Shown here piece by piece: positions 63,795 to 64,000 of a stretch of 64,000 nucleotides of DNA. Each line of letters opens with the position of its first letter. Position 1 is the stretch's first letter. Below the pieces are notes generated by a model that saw nothing but the letters and a program-made list of their open reading frames with translations, was not told the DNA's origin and made no database searches. Location of the stretch: the NCBI GenBank assembly GCA_963749735.1, contig CAVVNZ010000009.1, positions 131,923 through 195,922 on the forward strand. Direction: 5' to 3'. This DNA comes from an uncultured Chloroflexia bacterium. GTDB lineage: Bacteria > Chloroflexota > Limnocylindria > Limnocylindrales > CSP1-4. Both the position numbers and the translations under genes were made by a program.

Positions 63795-64000
63795 CGGCTC
63801 CTCGCCCGATGGAGGAGCGAGGCCTCGACGAGGGACCGGACCTCGGCGTGACCGATGGGCTCGACCCCGTCCGACCGGTACGCCCCCATCGGCGCCGGGG
63901 CGGCGTCTCGGTAGCTCGCGATCACCTCCTGCGACATCTCGATCGCCGGCAGGACCGCGAACATCTCGCCGACATCTCGCGCCCGGACCGATTCCTCCTC
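63791..64000 (-). CDS. partial CDS (C-terminus only): possibly PseB-type UDP-GlcNAc 4,6-dehydratase
   Basis: Hand translation gives ..EEESVRARDVGEMFAVLPAIEMSQEVIASYRDAAPAPMGAYRSDGVEPIGHAEVRSLVEASLLHRARSR*. The tail loosely resembles the FlaA1/PseB C-terminus as remembered. ATGA overlap with the next gene. Confidence 0.4.
   Translation of the reverse strand, partial: EEESVRARDVGEMFAVLPAIEMSQEVIASYRDAAPAPMGAYRSDGVEPIGHAEVRSLVEASLLHRARSR

Noticed and set aside
1-64000. Search for tRNA, rRNA, CRISPR repeats, IS elements/transposases, integrases, toxin-antitoxin pairs or known defence genes
   Set aside because: There are no T-loop-like GGTTCGAATCC-type strings outside coding context and no spaced direct-repeat arrays. 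No ORF has DDE, tyrosine/serine recombinase, nuclease-helicase or similar defence-type motifs. Intergenic spaces are short (mostly under 170 nt) and are accounted for by promoters or hairpins.

Overview
Very GC-rich bacterial chromosomal segment (roughly 70% GC by eye, not computed). It looks Actinobacteria-like: UPF0182, a GuaB3-type IMPDH paralog, a group II truncated hemoglobin, a SigK/RskA-like pair, and many TAnnnT -10 boxes a few nt before start codons. No rRNA, tRNA, CRISPR array, transposase or integrase was recognised. Positions 1-24 kb are housekeeping and envelope genes: tmk, an ECF sigma/anti-sigma pair, a GAF-GGDEF cyclase, the c-di-AMP receptor DarA, DinB-like and NUDIX proteins, a GuaB3-like protein, trHbO, a secreted alpha/beta hydrolase, guaA, UPF0182, three zinc-ribbon proteins, a CPBP protease, radC and mreBC. 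Positions 24-64 kb form a contiguous cell-envelope glycan island. It holds rmlABDC, two giant tandem secreted proteins with FlgD-Ig-like repeats (one clan-CD-peptidase-like, one GH18), and a polyprenol-P-mannose synthase. It also holds a DegT-fold protein with no lysine at all, five GT4 enzymes, Wzm/Wzt, wecB/wecC, a GT-C membrane transferase and a GT2-CgeB fusion. A TagF/KpsS-like-PseH fusion, two methyltransferases and a pseudaminic-acid-type operon complete the island. In that operon the pseC-like and pseF-like genes each carry a +1 frameshift. Genes are tightly coupled, with 13 NTGA stop/start overlaps. Several CTGA overlaps suggest CTG-initiated genes, most clearly trHbO, which has no canonical start codon. 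All family assignments come from motif recognition in the supplied translations; no database search was run.
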